64,000 nucleotides of DNA. Source: Amoebophrya sp. A120. Lineage: Eukaryota; Protista; Dinoflagellata. The stretch lies in the NCBI GenBank assembly GCA_905178155.1, contig CAJINV010000002.1, forward strand, positions 6,366,476 to 6,430,475. The letters are read 5' to 3'. The notes under the pieces are model-generated. The model saw only the letters and a list, made by a program, of their open reading frames with translations. It made no database searches and had not been told where the DNA came from. Below are positions 11,888 to 24,539 of this stretch, piece after piece; the first letter of the stretch is position 1; each line of letters opens with the position of its first letter. The translations under genes and the position numbers were made by a program.

Positions 11888-14687
11888 CGGGGCGCAATAT
11901 GTTGCTTCAATAGAAGTTGATAATTTGTATCGAAATGTCCGAGATCGTTCCTAAATTTATCTTACGATGATCCTTCCAGGCCTGTTCGTGCTGTGCGACC
12001 AAAGTTGTGCAAGGCCACAAAGAACCTGTTCGGTGTGATAGTCTGTACATCGACGAAAAAGTAGACTATCAATGCACATAAGTTAGCTGCTGGCAGCGAG
12101 AGTTTGCTTTTCCTGAAGATTCAAAATCGCGAGTACTCTTTTAATTGGTTTCAGCCCCCCCAATGTATCTAACTATCAAAAATCTTGTATCATCTGTCTC
12201 TCTAACTAGAACTGAGAAGACACAAAATGACTACTCACGTATGATGATGTACATTGCAATATCGGGCAGATTGATGTTCTTTTGCGTCTTCTTGCACCTC
12301 TTTCAACTACAGCTGTATGCGAGGCAGACGCAGACCCCGAAACCGAGTGGTGCACGCAAAAAATGGCTGGAAGTGATTGCTTCTTCTAAACGCGAGCATG
12401 CGTTTGGGCCACGAAGAATGAACTAGGCGTAGCCGTAGAATGACTCTACTTCCTCTTACGCCGAAATCAAAGCAGAATGTGGAAGACTTCCTTGCAGTTC
12501 TTACCAGAGCATGATGCCTACAAGTACGGGCGGTTGTTCGGGTCAATCACTTTATCTATCATGGTCTTTTGTTTTGGTGTATGGAGTTTTGGACCGCATT
12601 CCTCTTCTTGTTTACTTTTGATTGCTCGGCGACGAGGAAGCGCAGGCTCGATCGCACGGCACCTGGAACCAGAACCTTCGGGTATGACTAGCTGCTAGTT
12701 TCGCGCAAAATTAGAACCTCCTCAAGTAGATCTTTCGTCGTTTCGGATAATTGTAATTCTGATCGGGGACATGACGGAAGTAGAAGTACAACAGGAAAAA
12801 CTCATTCACGAGAGATTCAATTTCTCGAGTGAAGCGCTGACCGGCGAGAGTGAAGTTGGTTCCTGTGGTAGTCGTCTCAGAGAGTTCTTGTTTCAGCATT
12901 TCGAGCGTAAAGCCGAAGGTGTGCAGCTTACAACTCTGACGTTTCGTTTGCGTCGTATCGCAGCGAGTGTGTGGTGGAAAAGGACAAGGATGCTAATGTT
13001 TCAAGTCTGAATTACGCTTGTGGCCTTTGGTCAGAAAGCAAATCTCTCCTACAATGCACTGTAAAAAGCGGGGACCACAAGAACCGATTTCCGCGAAGAG
13101 CTGCTTATGATAGATTTCATCCCAGCGATATATTCACGGTATTAGCAACGAGCTGGTTTCTTTTCATCTTCGTTCGCGGAAAAAACGGAAATGTACTCTG
13201 AAAAATAACAACAACAATAAAATAGTGGAGCACTATCCTCGTAAAAAATGTTTCAAAAATTTATCGCCGCGGTCGACACTTTCTACGAGTGGTTGCTGCA
13301 GCCGATGGACCAGTGGGGGAGCAAAGCAAGACGGCCTCAGTAATATCTTTTTTTTTTGTTACGGGAAATTGATAAATGAAGTTCCATTTGAAACTTAGTT
13401 TCATCTATGCAAAATTCTAAAGTCACATTCATTCTCTTAACCAGCCGAGGGAATGGCACGGCGTTTGACGAAGCAGGCGGCGGAGCAGGACCCCCTGCAG
13501 GAGAAGGCGGGGGTGGCGGCGGGTTGATGGGGCTAGGGAGATGAAAATAGGTTTCTGATTTCTTGCAGGAGTGGGAGCCGAAGTAAAGAAGAACTCAAGA
13601 GAGGATAGAACATTCATTGCTACATGTCTTTTGGCTTTCAGTAATGGATTTTTCACACACAGAGAAAGACAAAGAGAAAAAGAGCGCATACCATAGGTCG
13701 AGAAGCTCATATTACACCCTTTTTTGTCTCCTGCATAGGCGATGTGTGGCGGTTTGTGCGAAGGAGGAGCGGGCACGACGGACGCCGGTGCCGGCGGCGG
13801 TGGGAAATGAGGGACGGTGTAGGGACACGAGCGAGAAAAAGTTTCTTTCGGTGGTGCTGTGTAGCAACAATGTAGACGCTATGAAAGCACAACGAACTGT
13901 AAAAATGTTTTAGAAAATGCTCCTGCAACTGCAAACAATAGAATGAGATACTGCAAAACAAAAAGAATGCTGTTGATACTAGAAGGTTGGTTGGCCTTCG
14001 GGTGTCCACCGGACTATTTTCGCGAGCGCGATATACATAGCACGTGCTAGTACAAAAAGCCACTCGAGGACGACCAGCACCAGAACTAATATGCAAGGTT
14101 TTTTGATGTCTAATGGCATCGACGAGGATATGCTTTTCAGCAAAACGACGTAGCCGCACTTTTATTATGATATTCGTAGAGTGTTCTTGCAGCTTGAGAA
14201 TACAACAGCGTTGAAAAGATGTTTCAGTCCAGCAACTTACTGCGTCTGAAGGAACAGATTGATTCCCCGCAGCGCGGCGGCCTGGGGTGTCAGCAGCTTG
14301 CTACCACCGACCTTCCTTCCGTGCTACCACCTGCCGAGATGAAATGTTGATAATCACAATTGAAATGAAGAAATGCGATGCGACTCACCTTGCCTTCAGA
14401 GCGTAGCTGTCCCGGGAAGTGGTCACTTCCATGTTGGTGTCCTCACATAGTGTTCTCTAGAAAAGGGGCAAAGAATGTTAACCTGGTAGGTTCAACAATG
14501 AGTGTGACGCAGGATCTGTTCGGGTCGGGGAAACACTCATGTAAGTGGTCCTAGTGCTTGGTGGTGGGCATCGCCCTTTATTTCGTAGGGAAAATTAGCG
14601 CAGCTTGGGAAGACATTTTGGGAGAGTGACGGTGTAACAAATTCTGATTTTGAGATCCGGTCGTTGTCTTAAGCTTAACTTGCGAAC

Positions 14688-15023
14688 ATGATGGACAAAG
14701 TTAGGGATGATCGCGAAAAAAGTTCGCATTGTCGATATACAATCGCCTCTATCGCAGTCGCTCTTCTACTGTTGGTTCTTCGCCTATCGTGTGGTTGTCG
14801 ATGTCGAATCGCTAGCACAGATGAAATATCGTTCAGACAAGCCACAGGGCGAGCGTCGCAAGGGAGTTCGACTTCGGCTGAGAACGAAACGATTTCAGTC
14901 GCTCCAGTACGAAATAAAGTAAAAGTATCTACAGATGTTGCGCATACATTTTTCGACGAAAATTTGACATTTTCCTTGTTTGGTGCATGTGCGCTAGGGC
15001 GTCCTCGTCCAGAAGGAGATTAG
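14688..15023 (+). CDS. Possible signal-anchor first exon of the downstream acidic protein
   Basis: Hydrophobic stretch IASIAVALLLLVLRL after the Met; junction to 15282 not resolved. Confidence 0.3.
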   Translation: MMDKVRDDREKSSHCRYTIASIAVALLLLVLRLSCGCRCRIASTDEISFRQATGRASQGSSTSAENETISVAPVRNKVKVSTDVAHTFFDENLTFSLFGACALGRPRPEGD

Positions 15024-15281
15024 GAGAGAGGACATGCTTGTGGTATAAGAAGACTTTAGGTTGCTGTGGATAATGTTTATGTTTTACTTATTTTGCCAGA
15101 AAGATTATGAATGCTGGGTGGACGAATGAATGGACTTCTAGGCTTCTAGCGATCGGCCGCAGGAGACTGGAACCACCACTCCCTGTGTAGGGCAACATCA
15201 AGGTTTTCGTCTTCTTCGACGCTGGACCTGGTGCGGTGTGTTCGGATTCGGAACAACAAAAAGCGACAATAAAACGGAAAA

Positions 15282-18200
15282 ATGCCGCGTGAATCAAGCG
15301 CGCATCGCGCTACGTCTAAGCGGATCAACGCACTGTATGCGGTTCGCTGGCTGTACTCCCGCACGGGGCTAAAAATCTTCTTCCTCGTTCACCTGGCTGT
15401 CCGCCTGTTTGCGCGAAAAACGGAGGAGAAACGCACGAGCACGGAACAACACCAAATTACGACGAACCAGTTGGAGATGAAGACCGAACAAACTACAGAG
15501 GAAATGCGCCGCACCGGGGCTTCAAGACAGGAAAGCAAGACTGGAGCGGGGCTGCGGAAGCGGAAAAGAAGATTGGTCGTGCGAAAGCGAAAAAGAAAAA
15601 AAGCAGCCGATGACGATGCCGATGATGCTCTTGACTTTATGCAGCATTTGGCGCATTTGCATGATATGTCGCTGCACCCTCACGACGAATATCTCGACCC
15701 CGACCTCGGGAATCGTGATGACGACGACTTCGAACATGGTTCTTTTTGGACGAAGAGTCTAGCGGAGATTGATGACGAAACGCCACCCACGTGGAAAAGC
15801 AAATACGGGCGACCGTCTGATTGGGCTTTTACTGACGGGGTCAGCCAGCGCGACATCATCGCTTTCGCGGAAATCAAAATGGAAGATGAAGAAGGCAACG
15901 TAGTGAATGATGGTGATTGGCCAATTACTATCAACTGCAAATATGTCTAGGTCTGCAAGAGTGCAAGACTTGTAATGCTGAACTCACATCATCATCCCAA
16001 GGCCAAACTCTGTAATGCGTGTTGCGGAAGGGCGGTGTTTGTTCTGTGTCATGCAAAAACGTCGCCTGGTCGCATGCGTCTTCCGCACCACAAGACCGTT
16101 CAAAAATGTGTCATGCTCGGTTGTGTACTCTAGTCATTTCTTCATTCTTGTAGTAGCATGACAAGTTTGAGTTTCCAGTTCCAGACATATTTGCATGTGA
16201 TAATTACGAAAGAGGAATGGGAGGCCGTAGGCGGAAGAGACGAGCAGTGGGCCTGGCTCTGCTGGACAAACCCCCATGCGCCGGGGGAAGACGCTGATTG
16301 TGACGAAATAAAAGAATATTCATGGCAAATATTTTGTCTGGGTCGGGAAATAAGTTGTGAGGCTTGTCTGTGAATAAATAAGTGTTGTGCTGCCGCGCAT
16401 GACTGGTTTTTGCGCGGTGGCTATGTGTTGCCTTTTTCGCATGAGAAACTGCGTGTAGTTTGCATTACATACAAATAGAGTGGAGTTGTCGGCGGGGGAG
16501 CATGCATTACAGCAGTGCAGAGTCATGCCGCGCAAGCATGACACGTCTCGCCTTCTTCCGGACCCAGGCATAAGTATTTGCATTTGATAAAGAAGAGGAT
16601 TGGAACCTGCACCCAAATCCGGGTGCAGACACAGACGGTCCGCATACAGATATTCTGCGTAAAAACGCTCCCACACAATATTTGTCATGCGAGTCTGCAT
16701 GCCCCGAATGTCTCTCATGCGCAGTATGTAATTTGTATGTAAGGCGTTGGGTTACCAGAGCCGATCCACATAACAACAGCAGTCCGCCGAGGAGCATTTT
16801 CTGAGGGTTTTTTTAAAGTAGTCACTCTCGAATCAGGATCATGTTGCAACGCGGCTTTTATAGCCAAGCATGACTACACTGACTACATTGTCCGAAAAAT
16901 TCGGCAGCCTACGGAGTTCACAAAGCTTCTTGATTTGTCCAGCAGATTAATGCGCCAGCATGACTATGGGATGCTGGGGACGTTTTCACACAGGATACGG
17001 AAGCCGTGTGGGTGGCAATGGTCTGCAGCAAATTCCGCCACGTCAATCGCAGCCTTGTCATCGCCAAAATGGGCAGCTGAAGATGCTCAAAGCTCTGACA
17101 TAGCCGTTGACGAAAAGTACACGGCCCTGGGTTTGAGCGATAACGAGAACCGGTTTCTGCAATTACTCGACGGAAAACAGAAGGGGACTCGGTTACCGAG
17201 TCGGATGTTTCCAGCCTTTGCGGCGGTGAACATGTGCCCTGGCCGCACCTGCCCCGCCGCGCTTTCGATGTGGATCTGGCGAGCTTTCAATTGTGCGCCC
17301 AACACTACGGCATTCACCTCGACGACGGCGACGATCGATTGTTCAAAATTTTGACCAGGCACACGGACGTGGGCGAAGTCGTATCCATCAACGGGGAAAA
17401 AAAGGTCTCGGGCAGCACGGTTAGCACCGACGTGATGAGCAATGCGCAAGAGCAGGACTGGTCGCTCCAGGCTATGACGCAGTGGGCGCAACATAACCTT
17501 GACGAAGGCAGCAATAACGGCGAGGGCGATCCTGTTGACACGCCTGTTGTACGTCAGTTGTCCATAACTGACAATAACGTAGAGGCCACGGGAGTGACCT
17601 CTACCAACCCGCAGGGACACATCGAGGAGGTCTCCTACGATCTGGATGGCGACGACGGCTCAAGCACCCCCGACGAGCAGGCTCTCGAAAAACTGATGAC
17701 GACGGCTGGCGGGCAGCACTTGACGCTGACCGAGCTGCTCGCCATGTGTGAGGGCCAGCTGGACTCTGGTGCGCTGACCGCAGGCGGTTTCAAAGACTGT
17801 GCTGCGGATCCCGATAACGGCGGGGGTACGCAGCTGACGGATGATCGGCTTTGGCACGTGATCGCGGGCCAGTTTGATACCGACGGAGACGGTAGAGTCA
17901 CATCAGCGGACGGAAGAGCGGAGGGCAGCACTACGACGGTTTCCATCGCTGACATCAAAAACTCCGCACTGCAGTACGACGACCTCCATGACGAGTCGAT
18001 CTCTCATAGCGGCTCGAAGCACGTCGACGCGGACAAACTGAGAGACATCGCTGACCGGCTGGCGGCGCGCAACGGGGACGGGAGTGCCAGTGGCAGCAGC
18101 GGCGGCGAGGGAGGTGGAGCGGAAAGTGGTGAAGGCCAGGCGGTGGGGTCGACGATCACGAAAAACCAGTGGGTGCACACGCTGGGCCGCAAGGGTTCCG

Positions 18201-21200
18201 ATTTCGACTTGCTGGCCAAGCAAGGCAATGGTGGCGGAGGAAGTGCTGACCACATCCTCGATCAGAACGACATCTCGTCGATCGCAAACGATCAGGATGG
18301 ACATGACATCATCTCGGATGGGAAAAACTTTCACACCGTCAGTAGCGAGTTTCTTGATTTCCAGAGCGGAGGCCTGGGCGCAGGGGATAAGGCGATGCTG
18401 GAGGGAATGTTTGGAAAAGGAACCGGGGGCAACACACTGACCGTTGACGGCATCTTGAGTTTTTGTGGCGATGGAATGGGGCAGCTCACGCAGGACACCC
18501 TCCGCGGTTGCGCGAATACGAACGGATTTCGGTTGGCCGACGATGGAGCCGGGCTGTTTGATTTGTTGCAAAAGGCCTTGGATACGACGCCGGGAGATGA
18601 CAGCATTCAGCGGGGGAGTACGGAAGCCTACAGCCTGGAGGCCCTCCAGCAGTTTTCCGATCAGCTGTCTACGAACGACGCGGAGACGGGCCCCGGCGAC
18701 ATCCTGACCGATGTTACGACGGAAAGCGCCACCGGTGCAGAGAGGGTGGTCGACCCCGACAAAATGGAGGACATCGCAAACACATTGGGGGACGGCGAGT
18801 CCCCAATCACCCAGAATGAGTGGGTTCTCGCGGGACACGGGTCTCCTGCGGACTTTAAGAAGCTAGCGGAAGGGGGCAGCGACCCGAATCTCATTGAGGG
18901 TAGAGCGGAGCTCACCGGTCACGAGATTTTCACTGTCAACGGCGAGGACCACACGTTGCAAAAAGAGGAAGTCTCGTACGATCTGGATGGCGAAGACGGC
19001 TCAAGCACCCCCGACGAGCAGGCCCTCGAAAAACTGATGACGACGGAGGACGGGCGCCCGAAGAAGCACTTGACGCTGACCGAGCTGCTCGCCATGTGTG
19101 AGGGCCAGCTGGACTCTGGTGCGCTGACCGCAGACGGTTTCAAAGACTGTGCTGCGGATCCCGATAACGGCGGGGGTACGCAGCTGACGGATGATCGGCT
19201 TTGGCACGTGATCGCGGGCCAGTTTGATACCGACGGAGACGGTCGAGTCACATCAGCGGACGGAAGAGCGGAGGGTAGCACTACGACGGTTTCCATCGCT
19301 GACATCAAAAACTCCGCACTGCAGTACGACGACCTCCATGATGAGTCGATCTCTCGTAGCGGCTCGAAGCACGTCGACGCCGACAAACTGAGAGACATCG
19401 CTGACCGGCTGGCGCCCGGCGGGGAGAGTGGCAGCGGCAGTAGCGGCGGCGAGGGAGGTGGAGCAGAAAGTGGTGAAGGCGAGGCAGTGGGTGGATCGAC
19501 GATCACGAAAAGCCAGTGGGTGCACACGCTGGGCCGCAAGGGGTCGGATTTCGACTTGCTTGCCCAGCAGGGTCAACATGGTAGTGGGGATGATGACCGC
19601 GTGATCGATCCCGGTGACTACGCGACTTCGGCGGCGGCAGCAGACGGGGGCGACACGACCACGCCTGTTGACAACGTAGTCCGAAATAACGGCAACTTGC
19701 AGGAGATCGATAGCCAGGTCGCAAATGCGAAGTTTCCAGGGTCCGACGGCGACGAGGATCTTGGAAGTGGGGGAAAGCTGCTGTTGCAGCAGATGTTTCT
19801 CGATGATGGCGAGGCGGGAGCGGGCAGCAAGAAGTTGACCGTGGCTGGCATCTATCACACCGAAAGTTACCACTTTGGCATGTGTCAACATCTAGTGCAA
19901 CATCAAACAAGACGATCTATCGTGTGTTTTTTGTTCGACCGATATAAGAGAGAGAGTTCTTCTCATTTTTAACAAATTATTACATACTGGATGGTGCAGA
20001 TCGACGAAGCTGTAACTTTGTTCTCTGTGATATCGTCGTTAGTGTATGCGAGTTGACAGCGGGCGACCCGATCACTGCGGCTGTGCTGAGTGACTGTGCA
20101 GAGAGCAAAGGCATCAACTTGTCTGACGCGGACCGCGATAAGCTATTCCAGCTGCTCAGTCACGCTCTGGATTCGACTCCCAAGGAAGACGGAGGGAGCA
20201 CGAGCATCGAATCTGCAGCGGACGAAAACACTGCGGCCTACGACCTGACAAGCTTGCAGCACTTTGCTAGCAGCGAACACGACAACAGCATCAACGTCCT
20301 GGATGCTGTCGTCAAGAACGATGGATCCGGGCGAGAAAATGTTGTTGACCCTGGGCAAGTTAGCAAGCTCGCGGGCTCAGTTGGGGACGGAAAATTCCCA
20401 ATCACCGAAAATGAATGGCGCTTCGCAGGGGGTGGCAGCCACGAGGATTTTGTCACGCTGAGCGGCGGCGAGGACGGCGAAATTACGGAGTCGGACGTTC
20501 CGGTCGCGGGCACGGCAGGTGCCGGCTCGGAAATAGTTTCCAGTGGCGGCAAATTGCGCGAAATCAGCACCGGCGACGTCGACTTTGACAAGGCGGATCT
20601 GGATTCGGACGATAAATTGATGCTGCAGCAGTTTGTGGGCGAAGACGGCAAGGTGGACTGGAGCTTAATCACTGGCTGGTGTCGGGACCAGCTGCCGCTG
20701 ACGGACGCAAGTCTCAAGAGGTGTGCGGAGAACATTAGCTTTCACCTGTCTGATGACTCTCAGTTGTTCAAGGTGCTCAGCGCCGCATTTGACACCACGC
20801 CCGGCGACACGGAGATCAACACCACGCCCGTGGACTACGACGTGATGGCGCACGTCGACGCGGATGGGGACAAGGTGGTGGAGCCGGGGGAAGTCGACAA
20901 GGTTGCCAAGGCACTGGGGGACGGGCACTTCCCGATTACCAGACAGGAATGGGTTGACGCGGGACACGGAAATCCGGCTGATTTCGACCTCATTGCGCGC
21001 CAAGGTGGGGGCAATGACGACGAAATTACGGCATCGGACATTCCCGCTGACCCGGGTGCGGCAGCGGGGGCTGACGCCGGTGACGCTTCTGCCGCTTCCT
21101 CGGGTGCGAGCGTACTGGTCGTGAACCACGGCAAGCTGCAGGAGGTCGATGGCGAAGATGTGCTGACCGGGGAAGGTCCGCACGAGAGGTCGGAAGTGTC

Positions 21201-23525
21201 TCACGGGCCCAGCGCGGTGCGGGTTCTCGCCGACGCAGCCGAGAAACACAAGGAGCCCTTGCTCGCCGGCGGAGTCTATGCATTGCAAATATGTTCTTGT
21301 CCCCTGAGTCTGCGAAGATAGATGTAAATTTGAGATGCTAGTAGGAGCTCGTCTGGGTGACAAAAAAAAGTCTGTCTTGCATAAAAAAACCGCAAAATTG
21401 TTCTTACTTACAACGCGGACGAGAGGGTATTTATCATGTAGGATCATAGGCAGGGAACCAAAGGTCTCGCATGTTTCCTGTCATGCTAAGGCGTGCACGC
21501 AAGACCTTGATGTTGCTCACACACAAGCTGCATGACAGACATCTATCTAGCTCCAGACCCAGACGCATTTGCATTTGATAGAGTCCTGCTGGGCGGCGTT
21601 GTGGGAGGCCGTGCTGTCGCAAAGAAGGTCCAACGCCAGCGACAGGAGCACGAGGAGGCGCTGCAGCGGCAGAATATCTAGTGCAAAAGTACTAGCGCAC
21701 CCGTACGAGGAATTGCACTTGTGCATAAGCAGAACTTTATACGCTTCACCTATTCTTGAGTTTTTCTGTTTGTCCTTGAAAAAAGGTGCGATGCAACGGC
21801 AATTCGTACTAGTAAGATCATATTGAAATACTTTTGCAATGCATAGAGAAGCGGCGCAAGCAAAGGATAGCCGCGGCGACCACGACTGAGGACCGCCAGA
21901 AGCCAAATTACCATGACAGGTCGGGAGAGGATGCAGAGCTTTTGGCGACCTCCTCCGGGGCGGAGCTGGATATCCAAAACCACGGGGGGCACCTATCATA
22001 TGTAAAAACGTCCCCGCCCCATAGTCAAGTTGGGAAATTAGCAAGACAAATCCAGACGTTTTGGGAGCCACGCATCACAAGTTGCTGTCCGTAGTGTAGT
22101 GCATGTTAGCAAGGACAACCGCATCACAAATCCATCTGCTTATCCTGTTTCAAGCATTACAAATTCCAAAAAGCGATTGGAAATGCCTCTCATGGAGATG
22201 CGCATTACAAATCTTCCTGTGATCGCAAATCTGCATGACAACTATGGGGTGGGGACGTTTTTACTCAGGATAGCCCCGGGGGAGCTCGTTTCTGCAGACG
22301 GGGGACTTGCCTTCCGCCGGAAAGAAACGCCGTAGCGAGGACGAGGAAGCACTGGGAGGACAGAGGGCGAACCGCACCGACGTGCTGCAAGTGAGAGATG
22401 AAAATGGTGGACACCCGAAGAAGTTGTCTTATCAGAATGTTGCCCACGACCTGACGTCCCCATATTCAAACGGATATTTATTGCGTAGCATTTGTGATAA
22501 CGCGAAGCTGGCGAGGGAAACAAATAGCCCCGCTTAGAGCACGACAGGAAGCAGCATGACGGATTGTCCGCAAAAGAGGCCGCGTGCGCGTCTTTCCCTT
22601 CTAGCGGTTCAAGGCGACTTTGTAAATGCGAATCGAGCATTTTTGTAACGCTTCTTTTGAGTATGGGGAGGGGCGATCTTTCCGCACAACATGTCTCCGA
22701 GATCAGCGGTAACTAAGGAGCGCACTGCTGATGATGATGACGATACGCGAAAAGACAGTCCCTTATCCATTGCGAGTCTGTCTGGGTCGGGCAGTTTGTG
22801 TTGCTGATACTTGCCTTGCAGAATGGCTGCATGCACGGCATTGCAGCATCGGAAGTTTTGCGAGGCTCCTGGCAAATTCATTTGTACTCCCTGAAAAAAA
22901 CGCATGACAACAAAGTCCGTTCGAGCACTAGGAAGAAACTGGTCACTCCTATCCAAGCATCACAGATCTTGGCGTCCTGCAAATTTCGCATTGCAGATCC
23001 AGACCCAGACATATTTGCAATGCATGTCGTCGGGGCCGGTACAATTTGCGTGGAACGGCGAAGCAAGCCGGAAAGTGGAGTAGTAGCGTGTCGTCGACTA
23101 CTAGAATAGAAGACGTCGACGAGGACCAGGTGGGGCTCAGCAACAAGGGCGACGATGTCATCCCTTCGGACACGATTCACCGCAAGAAGCGTCTGCGCGG
23201 AACCGCGACCGGTGCGAAGATGGAGTGGATGAAAGAGGAGGTGCCAAACGAAAGAAGCGCTCCGGGGGCAGCTTTGAAGAGAACGGTCGATGGCTTCGTC
23301 AATGCAGGCAAAGAGGTAGCTGCGCGCTTGCGCCACTCAATTTCAAATATAATCAGAAGCTCACTCTCGAATTTTCCTGCAGAAAAATTTTTTCGTGCAG
23401 GAAACTTTTCCTTCATTGTACCAACGTCTATTTTTCTCTCGCTTGTATTGATATTTTTGTTTTTCAGTTTGATGCTAGTCCTAAAAAATCCTCACCGTGC
23501 TCACGGTGCAAAGCCCTCATCTTAG
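15282..23525 (+). CDS. Large Asp/Gly-rich repeat protein with EF-hand-like loops and hydrophobic segments (probable Ca-binding surface/secreted protein), multi-exon
   Basis: Repeated PIT(K/Q/E/R)xEW..GG and DTDGDGRVT/DADGDKVV motifs. ORFs 15282, 16158, 17234, 20053, 21834, 22307 and 23046 are linked by 9 introners. Apparent frameshifts at 17.0-17.25 kb. Confidence 0.7.
15929..16202. mobile_element. Introner, family A-like
   Basis: tatcaactgcaaatatgtct / agacatatttgcatgtgata; DR attac; join WPITKEEW. Confidence 0.88.
16317..16589. mobile_element. Introner, family A-like
   Basis: tattcatggcaaata..gtctgggtc / gacccaggc..tttgcatttgata; DR aagaa; join EIKEEDW. Confidence 0.82.
16651..16997. mobile_element. 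Introner, family E (reverse orientation, degenerate)
   Basis: tattctgcgtaaaaacg / cgttttcacacaggata; DR poorly conserved (acaga/cggaa). Confidence 0.65.
17624..19573 (+). repeat. About 600-bp near-identical intragenic duplication (17624-18225 vs 18965-19573)
   Basis: EEVSYDLDG...SDFDLLA block repeated almost verbatim at DNA level. Confidence 0.92.
19853..20032. mobile_element. Introner, family F (single copy in this window)
   Basis: tatcacaccgaaagttac / gtaactttgttctctgtgata; DR gcatc/tcgtc; join LTVAGIVSVCE matches the paralogous repeat LTVDGILSFCG. Confidence 0.75.
21277..21580. mobile_element. Introner, family A-like
   Basis: tatgcattgcaaatatg / ccagacccagacgcatttgcatttgata; DR gagtc; join GGVLLGG. 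Confidence 0.85.
21675..21845. mobile_element. Introner, family G
   Basis: tatctagtgcaaaagta / tacttttgcaatgcata; DR cagaa/gagaa; join QRQKRRK. Confidence 0.8.
21994..22272. mobile_element. Introner, family E
   Basis: tatcatatgtaaaaacgtccccgccccatag / ctatggggtggggacgtttttactcaggata; DR gcacc/gcccc. Confidence 0.88.
22430..22691. mobile_element. Degenerate introner, family B-like
   Basis: tatc start, tccccatat / gtatgggga core, DR tgtct; join KKLSPRS. Confidence 0.7.
22764..23026. mobile_element. Introner, family A-like
   Basis: tatccattgcg..gtctgggtc / gacccagacatatttgcaatgcatg; DR tccct/tcgtc; frame restored into ORF 23046. Confidence 0.7.
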
Positions 23526-24539
23526 GGATAAAAGCATGTGGCTCACGGTGCAAAGAATAAGAAAAAATGTTTCAATTTTCGTTTTCAATTGTACATACTT
23601 AAGTGGATGTGGCAGAGAAAAAAAGGAGAGGGACGCACCAAAAAACACGCTCATGCTGCGCTTGGCACACTTGTATATTCTATGAACGTCATCAAGCTGA
23701 AGAAGAACCCTTTTTCTGTCGTCCGTAGTTTGGAGCAAATGCGTAAAAACAGGTACCGAATGTTGCGGGTCGGAGCAACAGAGATTGCCCACGCTTTCTA
23801 CTGTTTTGCCTTACTGTGCCGTTCCGTGTCGTCTGAGTCGATTGTTCTCAAGTAAACCGTGCTTGCAAACTCTTTGCGTGAGTAGACCAGGCAGCACACG
23901 TACGCAGCTAGTCTCCGTGCTACGTTATGTGCCAAAGCATGCGAGCAGAGGTGCGATCTTGTGAAACAAAGAAAAAAAGCCCGAGTCGTTTTTTTTTTTC
24001 AAATAAAGCGCTTGCAGTATCTGGGCGAGAAAAAAGAAGGCCGCTGAACGGAAGCAGGTGCGTGGTAGACGCCAGCTGGAGTATACGTATCAGAATGGTG
24101 CTTTTCTGCTCGAACAGTTTCAGTGCACAAATTTGAATAAACTAGTTTTACATAGTTTTTGATTTTCTGGGAAGCGCAAAACCGGAGTGACAGTCTCTGG
24201 AGAGAGGTGGAAATGCCGCCTGCCCTGTCCGTCGAATACTCCCAAAAAAGCGCAGCAGCGGCCAAATTATAATTCAGTAAAATTTGAAAAATTTGAAATA
24301 AGTATAATTCCTTACGCAGTCGCAGCACCATGCTACAAGGAATAGAAATAGAAAAAGAAATACAATTACACCCGACAGCTCGCCGGTAAAACTGAGTGTA
24401 AAATTGAACATTGCGTTCTTTCTTTGTTCCGTCCAGAAATTCGCATTTATGAGGCGCGGACGTCGAAAGCTGCAGTTTCATTAAGAACCTGCGTGCCGGA
24501 ACGAAGGAAGACGACCCCCTAAATAAAACCGACGTGATC

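Noticed and set aside
12145-13201. Short ORFs, including a hydrophobic 73-aa ORF at 12477
   Set aside because: No motif and no consistent exon chain.
17314-21447. Long minus-strand ORFs; similar ones at 41573-42499, 46665-47644 and 58776-59393
   Set aside because: Antisense shadows of codon-biased + strand genes.
23493-23555. 15-bp direct repeat gctcacggtgcaaag (two copies) with a small palindrome
   Set aside because: Only two copies, no array; function unsupported.
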